Assembly (NCBI GenBank): GCA_040755995.1
Contig: JBFMAF010000035.1
Location: 64,001-128,000 of the forward strand
Source: Acidobacteriota bacterium
Lineage (GTDB): Bacteria > Acidobacteriota > CAIWXX01
Reading direction: 5' to 3'
DNA length: 64,000 bases
Positions 8,819 through 17,663 of this stretch are shown here, one piece after another (position 1 is the stretch's first letter; every line of letters starts with the position of its first letter). The notes beneath the pieces were generated by a model that saw nothing but the letters and a program-made list of their open reading frames with translations, had not been told where the DNA came from and searched no databases. The position numbers were made by a program, and so were the translations under genes.

Positions 8819-9931
8819 TCACCCGATGTTGGCGATATCGCTGATGACGCCTGCGGCGACCTCCTCGATGTGTGCGACTGCTTCCGCCACGGCGGGCGTT
8901 CCCTTGAGCGCGTTGCCGACCAGTTCAAGCCGCGGCACGTTCGCGAAGAGCAGCTTGTGAATCGGCACCGCAGTATTGCGCCAGCCCCACCTGACCTCCG
9001 TACGCAAGAATCTGCCGAAAGCCTTGCACAACTTCACGTAGAGCCTCTGCGCTTCGCGCGGCAGCGCGTTCAGCGCGCTCCCGTCGAGTCGAGGGAGTCG
9101 TTGGAGGAACATCGCGATCGCCGGCTGCGGGTAGACCTCATCGAAGAAGCGCTCGATGGTTTGCGTGACGATACCGCGGAGCTCGCAGAGCTCGCCGTTG
9201 AGGCACAGGTAGAGCAGTTCGATTGCGTGCCGGCACCTCACGAGCTCCAGATGAGCCGCTGCCAGAAAGGCGAGCTGCTGGTCTTCGTGCCAGGCCGCCT
9301 GCAACACGTGGCGTCCGACATCGCAGAGGATCTGATCCACGCGATCCGCCAGCCCCTCTTTGTCACTCCGGGTCAACAGAGCAACGCGGTCGCGCAGCTG
9401 CGAGAGCCGCAGGTGGAAGGTCTCGTGACCGTGACGCATCAGCTTGACGAACCGCTCGTCATGCATCGGATACCCGGGGCTCAGGTAGAGATCCTCGACG
9501 ATCAGGCTGTACTCGAACCAGTAGTCGTGGAGCGTACGACAGATGTAGTACACAGGCATCTGTGTGTCGAGGCTGCGGACCTGGAAATGAACCTCATAGT
9601 ATCCCACCTCGCTGAGCATGGCTCGAAGGGCCAGAGGGTTGGCCAGACTCACATTGTAGGTTCCCCAGCGGACTTTGATTTGCGTCTCTTCCGTCAGATG
9701 AGCTGTGAGGCGCGCGATGTCGCCGAGTCGCCCGCCTTGGACCTCCAGCTTCCGTCTCAGAGCATCGTACAAGCGGAGACGGCAAAGAAGCGGCCGTAGG
9801 GCTTCGCAGATATCATCGGTCGGGAGCCTCCACCAGCTCCCGCCGTCGCCGCCCCTGCCGTGTTGCGTGGTGTGGGTCGCGGTGGCAGTCCCAGAGCTGT
9901 TGACGGTGTGATCCGGGCCCTGTGAGAACAT
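8819..9931 (-). CDS. hypothetical protein (370 aa), last gene of Clp-MoxR-vWA operon
   Basis: Long ORF 16 nt downstream of vWA gene, AAGGA RBS, no family recognised. Confidence 0.8.
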   Translation of the reverse strand: MFSQGPDHTVNSSGTATATHTTQHGRGGDGGSWWRLPTDDICEALRPLLCRLRLYDALRRKLEVQGGRLGDIARLTAHLTEETQIKVRWGTYNVSLANPLALRAMLSEVGYYEVHFQVRSLDTQMPVYYICRTLHDYWFEYSLIVEDLYLSPGYPMHDERFVKLMRHGHETFHLRLSQLRDRVALLTRSDKEGLADRVDQILCDVGRHVLQAAWHEDQQLAFLAAAHLELVRCRHAIELLYLCLNGELCELRGIVTQTIERFFDEVYPQPAIAMFLQRLPRLDGSALNALPREAQRLYVKLCKAFGRFLRTEVRWGWRNTAVPIHKLLFANVPRLELVGNALKGTPAVAEAVAHIEEVAAGVISDIANIG

Positions 9932-9947
9932 GTGAAACCGTCCTTGC

Positions 9948-12149
9948 CTAGCGTTTCGAGAGAAGCCTGCGGCGTTCGGTCATGCAGGAGGCCACGTACA
10001 CGCCGACCTGCCTCGCCACCTCAGTGTACTCGGTGAGATTCTTTTCCGGCACCGTCATTACCTTGTTCACGAGGTTCTCAAATTCAGTCTCCACCTCGAC
10101 ACCCAACGCAACGAGCGTGACATGGAGCCTGTTGGTCCAGCGCCGATATGACTCTTCCAGAACGTCTCGCACCTCTTCGGCGCCGCTCTTTCCCGAATTG
10201 AAACTGCGATTCCACTCGCAATCCGAGATCAGGATCAGGTAGACCATCTTGCAGCGGGCTACTCGCCGCGCCTCCTCCAGCATGAACGCCAGAGAGAGTG
10301 CGTCTGACTGGACACCTGTCCCGGTGTAAGGCAGCGAGGCGACGGCGCGCACCGCCTCGGTCCGGCTTATCGCCGGCGTCTTTCGAGGATGGTGAATCCA
10401 CTGGATCAGTGGCCCGGACACGCCCTCGCGGATCTGGTCGCTGTGGTAGAGCCCCGCCAGGACCTGCACTTCGGTCCTGGCGGTCGACCTGAGCCAGGCC
10501 GCCGCGAGGATCTTCACCATTCTCATCTGCCGGGTGTCCAGAGATCCCGAGCCGTCGCACGCCAGCAGCAGCACAGGCCGCCCTCGCCGATCGACCTTCT
10601 CGTGTATTCGATATCGCTTGAACACAACGTTGGAGGCATCCACCATCGCGAGCCTGGCCGGGTCGAGCAGTCCGCTCGAGCAGAAGCGCTCGGTCTCCGG
10701 CGTCTGCTCGATGTTCGGATACAGCGCCCTCTGCATCGCGTCGGTGATGACCTGCGACTCCGCGATGAGCGTCTCCACCTCCTCAGCATCCTCTGACAGC
10801 TCCACAGGCCGGTCGAATATCTCGCCTCCAGCCGGCAGCCCTCCGCACATGAGGTTCACCTCGTGGCCCTCCGACGGGTTGCCCTCGATCGGTCCCGTGC
10901 TGAACGCCGTCTCTCGCAGCACATGCTCGACCAGATCCGATCGCATGTCTTCCCACTTGCTGCTCTGCCCGCCCGCCTGCTGCAGTGCTTTCATGAAGTC
11001 GCTCCAGGTCTTCCCAATCGGACTCTCCAGCTCGTCCTCATCGGGCAGGCCCAAGTACCGCTGGGCCTCCTGAATCTTGCCGAGCAGCGCCTGCACGAGA
11101 TGCAGGCCGGACTGTGCTGACTCAAACAGAGCCGGCGGCTGCGGCCCGTCCAGCGGAGGTATCGCGTCGCTGACCGGGGCCGCATCATAATCCGGCGAAA
11201 ACCGGAACTCACTGTCCGCAGGCCGCTGCCACCGCTGCCGACCGTACCTGGCCCCAAGTCGCCGCATCAGCGCCGAAAGGACTGCCTGATCCGGCGCGGG
11301 CCTCTCGCCCTCCCTCGCTGGCTTCTCCTCGGTGCGAGATTTCGGCAGCGGGAGGTGGCGCGACAGCGCGAGACACACCGCCCTGACCCAGTCCTTCCCC
11401 AGGTCCAGCAATCGGTGCGGACGCGTGCCCGCGAGCTGCTCAAAGAACGGACGGCACACCCGAACCACCGTCCCGGCCAGGGTGGCTGTGATGGGATGGA
11501 GGCTCTGGCGTTCCAGGTCGGGAAGCACATCACCATAGAGGATCACCGCGTTTATGATCTCGCGCACCGAACGAAACTTCATGTTCTGCTGCGAGGCGCT
11601 GAAGAGCCTGTACAGCTCGACCGAGGCCATGCTGGAGGACCGTGAGAGATCCTCGAGCAGGAGGCGTGTCTGCACCGCAGCGGCCACGATCTCGGCCATC
11701 TGCTTGTATATCTCAGGTTCCACGCGCACCCGATCGTGAACAGCGGGGTCTTTCAGGTAGTCCTGCATGTGGGTCAGCAGAATCTTCTCGGCTACGCGCT
11801 CCTGGAAGTCCAGGAACCCCGTCAGACCGACGGCTGCGTATGCGGCCAGCGATGGCGGATAGCTCGTGTAGCAGGGGCTCAGCTGTGGCTTCACCGCCGG
11901 CTGAAAATCGTCATCTGTTGCGACCCCCGCCAGCTGCGCCGCGGCGACTTGAACTCTCTTCACGGCTTGGTAGAACAGCCTCTGGGCCGCCATGCGGATG
12001 TAGTAGTCCACCTCCGGCTTGAAGGCATCGCCGATGGAAATCCCAGCCCAGTCTGTCTTGTGCTTCTTTCGCCGGTAAATGTAGGAGCAGCTCCCAGAGT
12101 AGTGGCCGCTGGACACCGTCTCCGGGTTCATCGGCTTTGCTGGGTTCAT
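9948..12149 (-). CDS. vWA-domain protein, NorD/CbbO/CobT-like C-terminus
   Basis: SGLLDPARL..VFKR preceding LLACDGSGSL (MIDAS DxSxS) and LILISD. Confidence 0.88.
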   Translation of the reverse strand: MNPAKPMNPETVSSGHYSGSCSYIYRRKKHKTDWAGISIGDAFKPEVDYYIRMAAQRLFYQAVKRVQVAAAQLAGVATDDDFQPAVKPQLSPCYTSYPPSLAAYAAVGLTGFLDFQERVAEKILLTHMQDYLKDPAVHDRVRVEPEIYKQMAEIVAAAVQTRLLLEDLSRSSSMASVELYRLFSASQQNMKFRSVREIINAVILYGDVLPDLERQSLHPITATLAGTVVRVCRPFFEQLAGTRPHRLLDLGKDWVRAVCLALSRHLPLPKSRTEEKPAREGERPAPDQAVLSALMRRLGARYGRQRWQRPADSEFRFSPDYDAAPVSDAIPPLDGPQPPALFESAQSGLHLVQALLGKIQEAQRYLGLPDEDELESPIGKTWSDFMKALQQAGGQSSKWEDMRSDLVEHVLRETAFSTGPIEGNPSEGHEVNLMCGGLPAGGEIFDRPVELSEDAEEVETLIAESQVITDAMQRALYPNIEQTPETERFCSSGLLDPARLAMVDASNVVFKRYRIHEKVDRRGRPVLLLACDGSGSLDTRQMRMVKILAAAWLRSTARTEVQVLAGLYHSDQIREGVSGPLIQWIHHPRKTPAISRTEAVRAVASLPYTGTGVQSDALSLAFMLEEARRVARCKMVYLILISDCEWNRSFNSGKSGAEEVRDVLEESYRRWTNRLHVTLVALGVEVETEFENLVNKVMTVPEKNLTEYTEVARQVGVYVASCMTERRRLLSKR

Positions 12150-12189
12150 GCCGTCTCTCCTGGCGGCTCAGACCAGCACCCTCCACACG

Positions 12190-12210
12190 GTAGAGAGTAG
12201 AGAGTGGCAG
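12190..12210 (+). repeat. short heptamer array GTAGAGA
   Basis: GTAGAGA GTAGAGA GTGGCAG; reverse complement of the TCTCTAC unit at 60850. Confidence 0.5.
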
Positions 12211-12266
12211 TGAGGCATTGCTCTAAGACTTGACTCAATCGCAGCATCTTCTTCTCCTCAAGCCCG

Positions 12267-13283
12267 CTAGAAGAGGCTTGCTTCCAGTGAGATCTCGGAG
12301 TCCTCGGCCACGGGGATCCCGAAGGTTTCGTTGAGCACGCCGGGGATAAGCTTGTGGTCCTCGACGCCTGCGTTTCCGAGCAGCGTGGCCATGGCAACCT
12401 GCTGCGGCGACATGTGAGGCATCCACAACGCCATGCGCATGAACGCCAGGTACCCGTAAATGGTCGGCGGGCAGAGCGACTGGAGGTTCCCTTCGGAGCG
12501 CTGCCGCCGCACGACCTGGCCGAGTTTGACGACCTTCATGATGAGGTCGTTCTCAGCCTGCCCGAGCGGTTCCCCGTCGAAGAGGAGGTGCCGGAGGACC
12601 TGCACCTCCTGATCAGCCGTGAGGTATTCCAGTGTCAGGTTGACAGAGAAACGCCGTTTGAGAGCATCGTCGAACGTGACCAGCGTGTGCGTGGAATCCT
12701 GCTCGGCCTGATAGTTGCTGTCAGCCACCCAGGCAATTCCCTGACCCGAGATGCGCCGGCCGTCAGGCAGGATAATGTCGTTCTTGGTCATGAGATTCAG
12801 CAAACCCCCTTGCACGCTCGAGGAATGCACCCGGCCCATCTCGCGCAGCCAGATCAACGGGTAGCACTCGCGCCTGCGGCCCGCAGCATCATCGATCGCC
12901 AGTACCAGCTTGCTGAGCTCGTCATAGGTCGTGCCCCCCTTGAGCGCACGGCGCTGGTAGAGTTCCCCCGGCGCTTCGTAGGTCGCCATCTCGATCGGGT
13001 AGAGCTTCAGGGGGAGCCCTGGCAGGCCGAGCGCCGCGCAAACGGACTGGAAGTTCTCGGGGACGAGATAGAGCGCCTCCAGCAGCGAGCTTTTCGCGCT
13101 TCCTGTGGGCCCGCTCAGGTGGATGAACTCGTGGCGAGCGATCGCGTACACGAGCGTCTCGACCAGCCACTTGATCAGGAACAGGCGATGACCTCCCGGG
13201 ACCGGCTGTAGTTCGATCAGATCCATCGGACCCGCTTTCCGACACTCCGCCTGATTCGTGACTCGAAAGATCTGGTTCGCCAT
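12267..13283 (-). CDS. MoxR-class (CbbQ/NorQ/CobS-like) AAA+ protein, non-canonical Walker B
   Basis: Walker A GPTGSAKS, LIWLRE at Walker B position, sensor I VADSN, Arg finger DDALKRRF; adjacent vWA gene. Confidence 0.85.
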   Translation of the reverse strand: MANQIFRVTNQAECRKAGPMDLIELQPVPGGHRLFLIKWLVETLVYAIARHEFIHLSGPTGSAKSSLLEALYLVPENFQSVCAALGLPGLPLKLYPIEMATYEAPGELYQRRALKGGTTYDELSKLVLAIDDAAGRRRECYPLIWLREMGRVHSSSVQGGLLNLMTKNDIILPDGRRISGQGIAWVADSNYQAEQDSTHTLVTFDDALKRRFSVNLTLEYLTADQEVQVLRHLLFDGEPLGQAENDLIMKVVKLGQVVRRQRSEGNLQSLCPPTIYGYLAFMRMALWMPHMSPQQVAMATLLGNAGVEDHKLIPGVLNETFGIPVAEDSEISLEASLF

Positions 13284-13287
13284 GCCG

Positions 13288-15585
13288 TCACCCTCCTCCG
13301 TTGTGGTCCGTCAGGCCGCGGGCCTCACTGGCTGCGTCTCCTGATGGCGCACGTACTGTATCGATCGCCAGGACGCCGTCCCCGCAGCTGCGGGCGAATA
13401 GCGTCGCCCCCGAGATCGCGGCGCCGGATTGATGAAGCCGGAGCAGCGACTCGGCAGCGAGCGAGCGACCCCGCTCCAGGAGCGCCCTTGCACCAAACGA
13501 GGTCATGTTACTGTGGAGAGACTTCAGGAGGGCCGCGCCCAGGCCCTGCTCGAGAATCACGCGGCACCGGGCCAGATGGAGGCGTTCGGTGGCCGAGAGC
13601 AGCGCCGCCCGTATCGCACGCTCCAGAATCGCCGCCAGGGCGTCCCCGCTCAAAGGCTCGAACAGAATCGGCGTCCCCACGCGACTCAGGAAAGCGCTGG
13701 AGAGCATCCGCTTGATCTCGTTGTTGACTCTCCCCGCGACCGCCTCGGCGGGCACTACGTTCTCGAACCCGATCCCTTTGCGCACCGCCTCGTCCATTCC
13801 GTCCGGAAGGTTCATCGTGAAGGCGAAGATCAGGTTGGCACAGGAGAACATGGCACCGGCGGTGCTCTGCGCTTCGCCTGTCTCCAGCACCTGGAGGAAC
13901 AGATCAGCCAACCCGGCCCGTACGCGCTCGTTGGCGTGATCCAGGTCGCTCACTTCGATGAGCGCTCCGGTGTGGTGCTTCGCCGCTTGTTCGAGGCGAC
14001 CGCTCTGGTATGAGCCGACGATGCCCCGGCCGGAGCCCAGAAGCTGTGCGGCGGCGGAGTAGTAGTCCGGGATGCTCGCCGCGTCGACGTTGACATAGGG
14101 GATGCCGAGTCTCTGGGCGATCAGAACGGCGCTTTCCGACTTGCCCGTGCCTGGCGTGCCCTGCGCACAGTAGCGGATAGGCTGATGGAGCGGCCGCGTG
14201 AGGCACTCCATACGAAGCCGCGCGACAAGCTGCTCGATCGCGGCGTCCTGCGCCAGCAGATGTTCCTGGAGATGGGCGAGCAGACCTGGATCCGCCAGCG
14301 CCCGCACGAAGCACGCCTGTGTGGAGGGAGCGCGTTCCGAGCGCGGCCGACAACTCAATCCGGCGAACGTTTCCGAAAGACCGGCTACCGCGGAGGCGAA
14401 GGTCAAGGTGGGCACCATCAGGGCCGTCTTCTGGTGTGCTGCATTGACGCTTCGCGTGGCCACGATTGGCAGGAGCCTCTTCTGTTCAGGTGGAGCCATG
14501 CCCTCGATGCCTGCCAGCACCTCGCGAGCGACCTGGTCCTCCTGGCTCTTCGAGAGCCCGCCGGCGAGGCGCGCTGCGCTCTGCACCGCGAAGGGCGTCA
14601 GGACGTCCATCGTGGCGTCGGGGACTCGGCGCAGAATCGGGTTCAGGGGGTCGCTGGTTCCCCCTTGCCCGCCGTGGAAGACCGCCTGCAGCTGGTCGAA
14701 GCTGCCGCTGAAGATGGCGCAGGCGCCGAGCGAGGACAGTGTTGCCATCAGCGCCTTGATCTCGCTTCCCAGCTCGTATGGGTTCGACCCTAGGCTGAGG
14801 CAGCTGGCGGGAATGACCAGTTTGCCAGGAACCTTCTTCGAGACCTCCACAACGGCTCGACTGTTGATCGATGTCGAGATGACACGGCCGAGGGAGCTGC
14901 CGGAGTCGCGGGCGGCGCGAGCCAACACCGCCAGCCCGAAGCTCTCGACCACGGGGAACGACGCAGAGATCGCCAGCGACGCGCTGCCGGACAGCAAGTC
15001 CATCGTCTCTCGGGCCCATTCCACGAGATCGGAGCCGAGCGACCCCGCGTCGCCATGCCACGGATAGATGGGCTCCACGGCCTCCGAGAAATCCTTGTAC
15101 AGCTGCACGAGATCGGAATCGGTCCGGACAAGCGGCATCTCCGCCTGCAGCGTTCTGGCCAGCTTGTCCAGCGTTTTCAGCTCGGACATGAAAGCAGTCC
15201 CACGGGACAGGGACATCATGGCCGGCTGGATCTTGAGCTCCAGGCCGAGCGATGCGCGCTCAGTCTTGCGATCCCATGCAGGCGGAATCGGACGCGTCCT
15301 CTCGCCCAGGCCCGAGAGGCAGGCGAAAAACGGCATCACCGGCACCCGGATCTCATGCGGCAATCGGACCAGCTCGACCTTCAACGCAATCAGCAGCTCA
15401 TCTGTGAGCCGACCCGATACGCTGACGATACCGGGACCCTCATCGGCTCTCGTGCCCTGGAAGGCGCGTCCGTCTGCAGCGATGCTGATCTCCACACCGG
15501 TTCCATGACGCACGAAGTCGGCCACCTGGCGCAGCGCAGCCTCGGAGCCGGCCGGATCGAGTGACCTCGCCTCTCTAATTGTCAT
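13288..15585 (-). CDS. divergent ClpA/ClpB-like AAA+ protein
   Basis: C-terminal half follows ClpA D2: AQDAAIEQL, GTPGTGKSE, QLLGSGRGIVG, FLQVLETG, FTMN, RKGIGF, FLSRV..ILFEPLS. Confidence 0.85.
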   Translation of the reverse strand: MTIREARSLDPAGSEAALRQVADFVRHGTGVEISIAADGRAFQGTRADEGPGIVSVSGRLTDELLIALKVELVRLPHEIRVPVMPFFACLSGLGERTRPIPPAWDRKTERASLGLELKIQPAMMSLSRGTAFMSELKTLDKLARTLQAEMPLVRTDSDLVQLYKDFSEAVEPIYPWHGDAGSLGSDLVEWARETMDLLSGSASLAISASFPVVESFGLAVLARAARDSGSSLGRVISTSINSRAVVEVSKKVPGKLVIPASCLSLGSNPYELGSEIKALMATLSSLGACAIFSGSFDQLQAVFHGGQGGTSDPLNPILRRVPDATMDVLTPFAVQSAARLAGGLSKSQEDQVAREVLAGIEGMAPPEQKRLLPIVATRSVNAAHQKTALMVPTLTFASAVAGLSETFAGLSCRPRSERAPSTQACFVRALADPGLLAHLQEHLLAQDAAIEQLVARLRMECLTRPLHQPIRYCAQGTPGTGKSESAVLIAQRLGIPYVNVDAASIPDYYSAAAQLLGSGRGIVGSYQSGRLEQAAKHHTGALIEVSDLDHANERVRAGLADLFLQVLETGEAQSTAGAMFSCANLIFAFTMNLPDGMDEAVRKGIGFENVVPAEAVAGRVNNEIKRMLSSAFLSRVGTPILFEPLSGDALAAILERAIRAALLSATERLHLARCRVILEQGLGAALLKSLHSNMTSFGARALLERGRSLAAESLLRLHQSGAAISGATLFARSCGDGVLAIDTVRAPSGDAASEARGLTDHNGGG

Positions 15586-15624
15586 CTCTCGTTCTCCCGT
15601 GTCGCACGTCCCGCTGGAAACCAA

Positions 15625-15640
15625 TGCAGCTTGGGTGCCA
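15625..15640 (-). promoter_or_regulatory. sigma-54 (-24/-12) promoter of Clp-MoxR-vWA operon
   Basis: Minus strand TGGCACCCAAGCTGCA = GG-N10-GC, 40 nt upstream of ATG 15585; EBP gene lies divergently. Confidence 0.7.
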
Positions 15641-15669
15641 GCCGTATGTTAGAGGAAATGCCCGATCTG

Positions 15670-15747
15670 GTTGAGTACTGCGTTGAGTTTCCCAAAGAGG
15701 GTTTGTTGAGATTATCTGAGTCTGGTACAACGGGGAAGAACTCAACG
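15670..15747. promoter_or_regulatory. GTTGAG/CTCAAC motif cluster, candidate upstream activator sites
   Basis: GTTGAG at 15670, 15682, 15705; perfect inverted pair CGTTGAGTT (15681) and AACTCAACG (15739). Confidence 0.5.
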
Positions 15748-15857
15748 AACGAGGGGTGCCCAGGAGTACTCGCGCACTGAAGTTCACCATCACGGCGGAC
15801 ACCGTTGGAGTTTCTCGGGCCTAGCTGGAAACGGACTCGGTTCAGGCGTTCGCCAGG

Positions 15858-16279
15858 GTGAAGAGGCAGGAAGGCCCCGTGGCTTACATCGTCCGGAACG
15901 AGGATCTGGCGGTGTTGTCTTCTTTCAAGGACCTGGTCGTCGATCGCGGCAGGAAGCACGAAGCCAGCTCTCTCAAAGCTGCTGCTCGGGTGCTCGAAGA
16001 TCCCACTGGCCACAGGCGGCTTCTCTGCACCGGGGCAGCTGAAGCGCAGCATTCGAACCGTGCTGCGCAATGCGATCAAGACAAACGATCGCAACGCGTA
16101 CTTCGTCGGGGTGGAGCAGGTGATCTTCGAGGAGCTGTGGAGAGAGGCCAGACCCGAGCCGGCCGGAAGAACCGCCGTGGCCCCGCAGGGCTGGCGAGAA
16201 CCCCGGCGGCCGAGGCGGCCTCGACGCCAGAGGACATCACGTTGGCCCGCACTCTCCTGGAACTTCACCATACACCGAC
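15858..16279 (+). pseudogene. probable frameshifted N-terminal part of the sigma-54 activator
   Basis: Protein-like text alternates between frames of ORFs 15858 and 16060 and runs into the AAA ORF frame near 16270. Confidence 0.5.
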
Positions 16280-17446
16280 GTGCCCCCAGAACTGGAGAAG
16301 CGATTCGTCGGCCGGTCGATCGAGGCCCAGCTGGTTCGGCAGCTCATTGTGCGAGCGGCACGGTCGGATGATCCGGTGCTCATCGTCGGGGATACCGGCA
16401 CGGGCAAGGAGGTCGTGGCGCGCGGCATTCATGAGTTTAGCAACCGCCCCGGGTTCACACCTGTCAACTGCGGCGCGATTCCCAGCGAGCTGCTTGAGCC
16501 GCTACTCTTCGGGCACCAGAAGGTGTTTACCGGGGCCGATCGAGAGCGGTTGGGTCTGTGGAAGGATGCGGGTGAAGGGACGCTGTTTCTGGACGAGGTC
16601 GCCGACCTGCGTTTGGAGCATCAGATCAAGATCCTGCGGGCGATCGAGGAGAAGAAGGTCAGACAGTTGGGGAAGAGCCAGGAGGTCGACGTCCCGGCGC
16701 GGGTGATTGTCGCCAGCAACCGTGATCTTTTCTCCCTGGTGCAGGCCGGATCGTTCCGCGAAGATCTCTACTATCGCCTCCGCACCTTCATGATCCGTAC
16801 GCCGTCGCTGCGCGACTGCCCCGAGGACATCCCGCTGATCGCGGATTCGCTTTGGAAGCGAATTGCGGGAGACGATCAGGTGTCACTCCCCGATCCGATT
16901 CTTGCGGAGCTGAGCTCCTATGGCTGGCCCGGGAACGTGAGGGAGCTCAAGGCGCTGCTTTCCAATCTGCGTGCCCTGTTCGGGAATCATCATCTGCGAA
17001 TCGAGCATGTGAGAGCCATGATGGGGCTGGAGGGCACCGGTCGGGCACAGGTGGGCACGGCGCCCGAGGACCAGATCGGCCTCCACCGCGTCCAGCGCCT
17101 CCGTCACCTGAAGCGGGTGGACGAGGTGGTACGCGCGAGCAAGGTGGCGCTGCGGCCTCTGGTCGAGCAGAAGCGACAGGATCCTGAGAGCATTGCATCG
17201 GTTCGAACCGCCTTGCATCGCCGCCTGGACGAGCTCGAGGTCCCTTGCCTGCATCCACTGCTCTTCAGCAGCGAGGTCGCATTTTCGATCGTGCATCGTC
17301 TCAAAGGCAAGCTGACCTACTACCACAGCCTTCTCCAGACAGGCGCCGTGAACGCCCTTCGCTACTGGAGGCGGGAGGTGTCCGAGGAGTACAAGCTGGC
17401 AATATCCACAGTCTTCCAGGAAGTCAACCGCCTGACCAAGGGGTGA
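16280..17446 (+). CDS. sigma-54 enhancer-binding protein AAA+ domain (atypical)
   Basis: GDTGTGKE, VNCGAIP, LFGHQKVFTGA, LFLDEV, FREDLYYRL, WPGNVREL; no Fis-type HTH recognised. Confidence 0.9.
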   Translation: MPPELEKRFVGRSIEAQLVRQLIVRAARSDDPVLIVGDTGTGKEVVARGIHEFSNRPGFTPVNCGAIPSELLEPLLFGHQKVFTGADRERLGLWKDAGEGTLFLDEVADLRLEHQIKILRAIEEKKVRQLGKSQEVDVPARVIVASNRDLFSLVQAGSFREDLYYRLRTFMIRTPSLRDCPEDIPLIADSLWKRIAGDDQVSLPDPILAELSSYGWPGNVRELKALLSNLRALFGNHHLRIEHVRAMMGLEGTGRAQVGTAPEDQIGLHRVQRLRHLKRVDEVVRASKVALRPLVEQKRQDPESIASVRTALHRRLDELEVPCLHPLLFSSEVAFSIVHRLKGKLTYYHSLLQTGAVNALRYWRREVSEEYKLAISTVFQEVNRLTKG

Positions 17447-17450
17447 TCCC

Positions 17451-17663
17451 GGATGCCCGCGAGCTGGTGCGGCGCTTGAGCGAGGATCTGCAGGGGCGCG
17501 GGCACGCCGTATGCATCGATGAGAGACAGGCGCGGCCGAGGATTCCTGGGAGCAGCAGATTGAACACGCCGTCCTGGAAAGCCCGGCGTTCGTTGCCTTG
17601 CTGATCGCGCACTCGGTGTGCCGGCCAGACCGCCTTTGCCTCGACTCTACCGGTGTTTGTTGA
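17451..17663 (+). pseudogene. frameshifted TIR-domain remnant
   Basis: DARELVRRLSEDLQGRGHAVCID then, after a frame change near 17540, DSWEQQIEHAV..FVALLIAHSVCRPDRLCLD; parallels the intact TIR at about 34.6-34.9 kb. Confidence 0.75.

Noticed and set aside
9840..9931. Amyloid signalling motif in the orphan N-terminus (TVNSSGTATAT) or NLR linker (VTASGDGA near 26590)
   Set aside because: Too short, and no matching motif pair between receptor and effector
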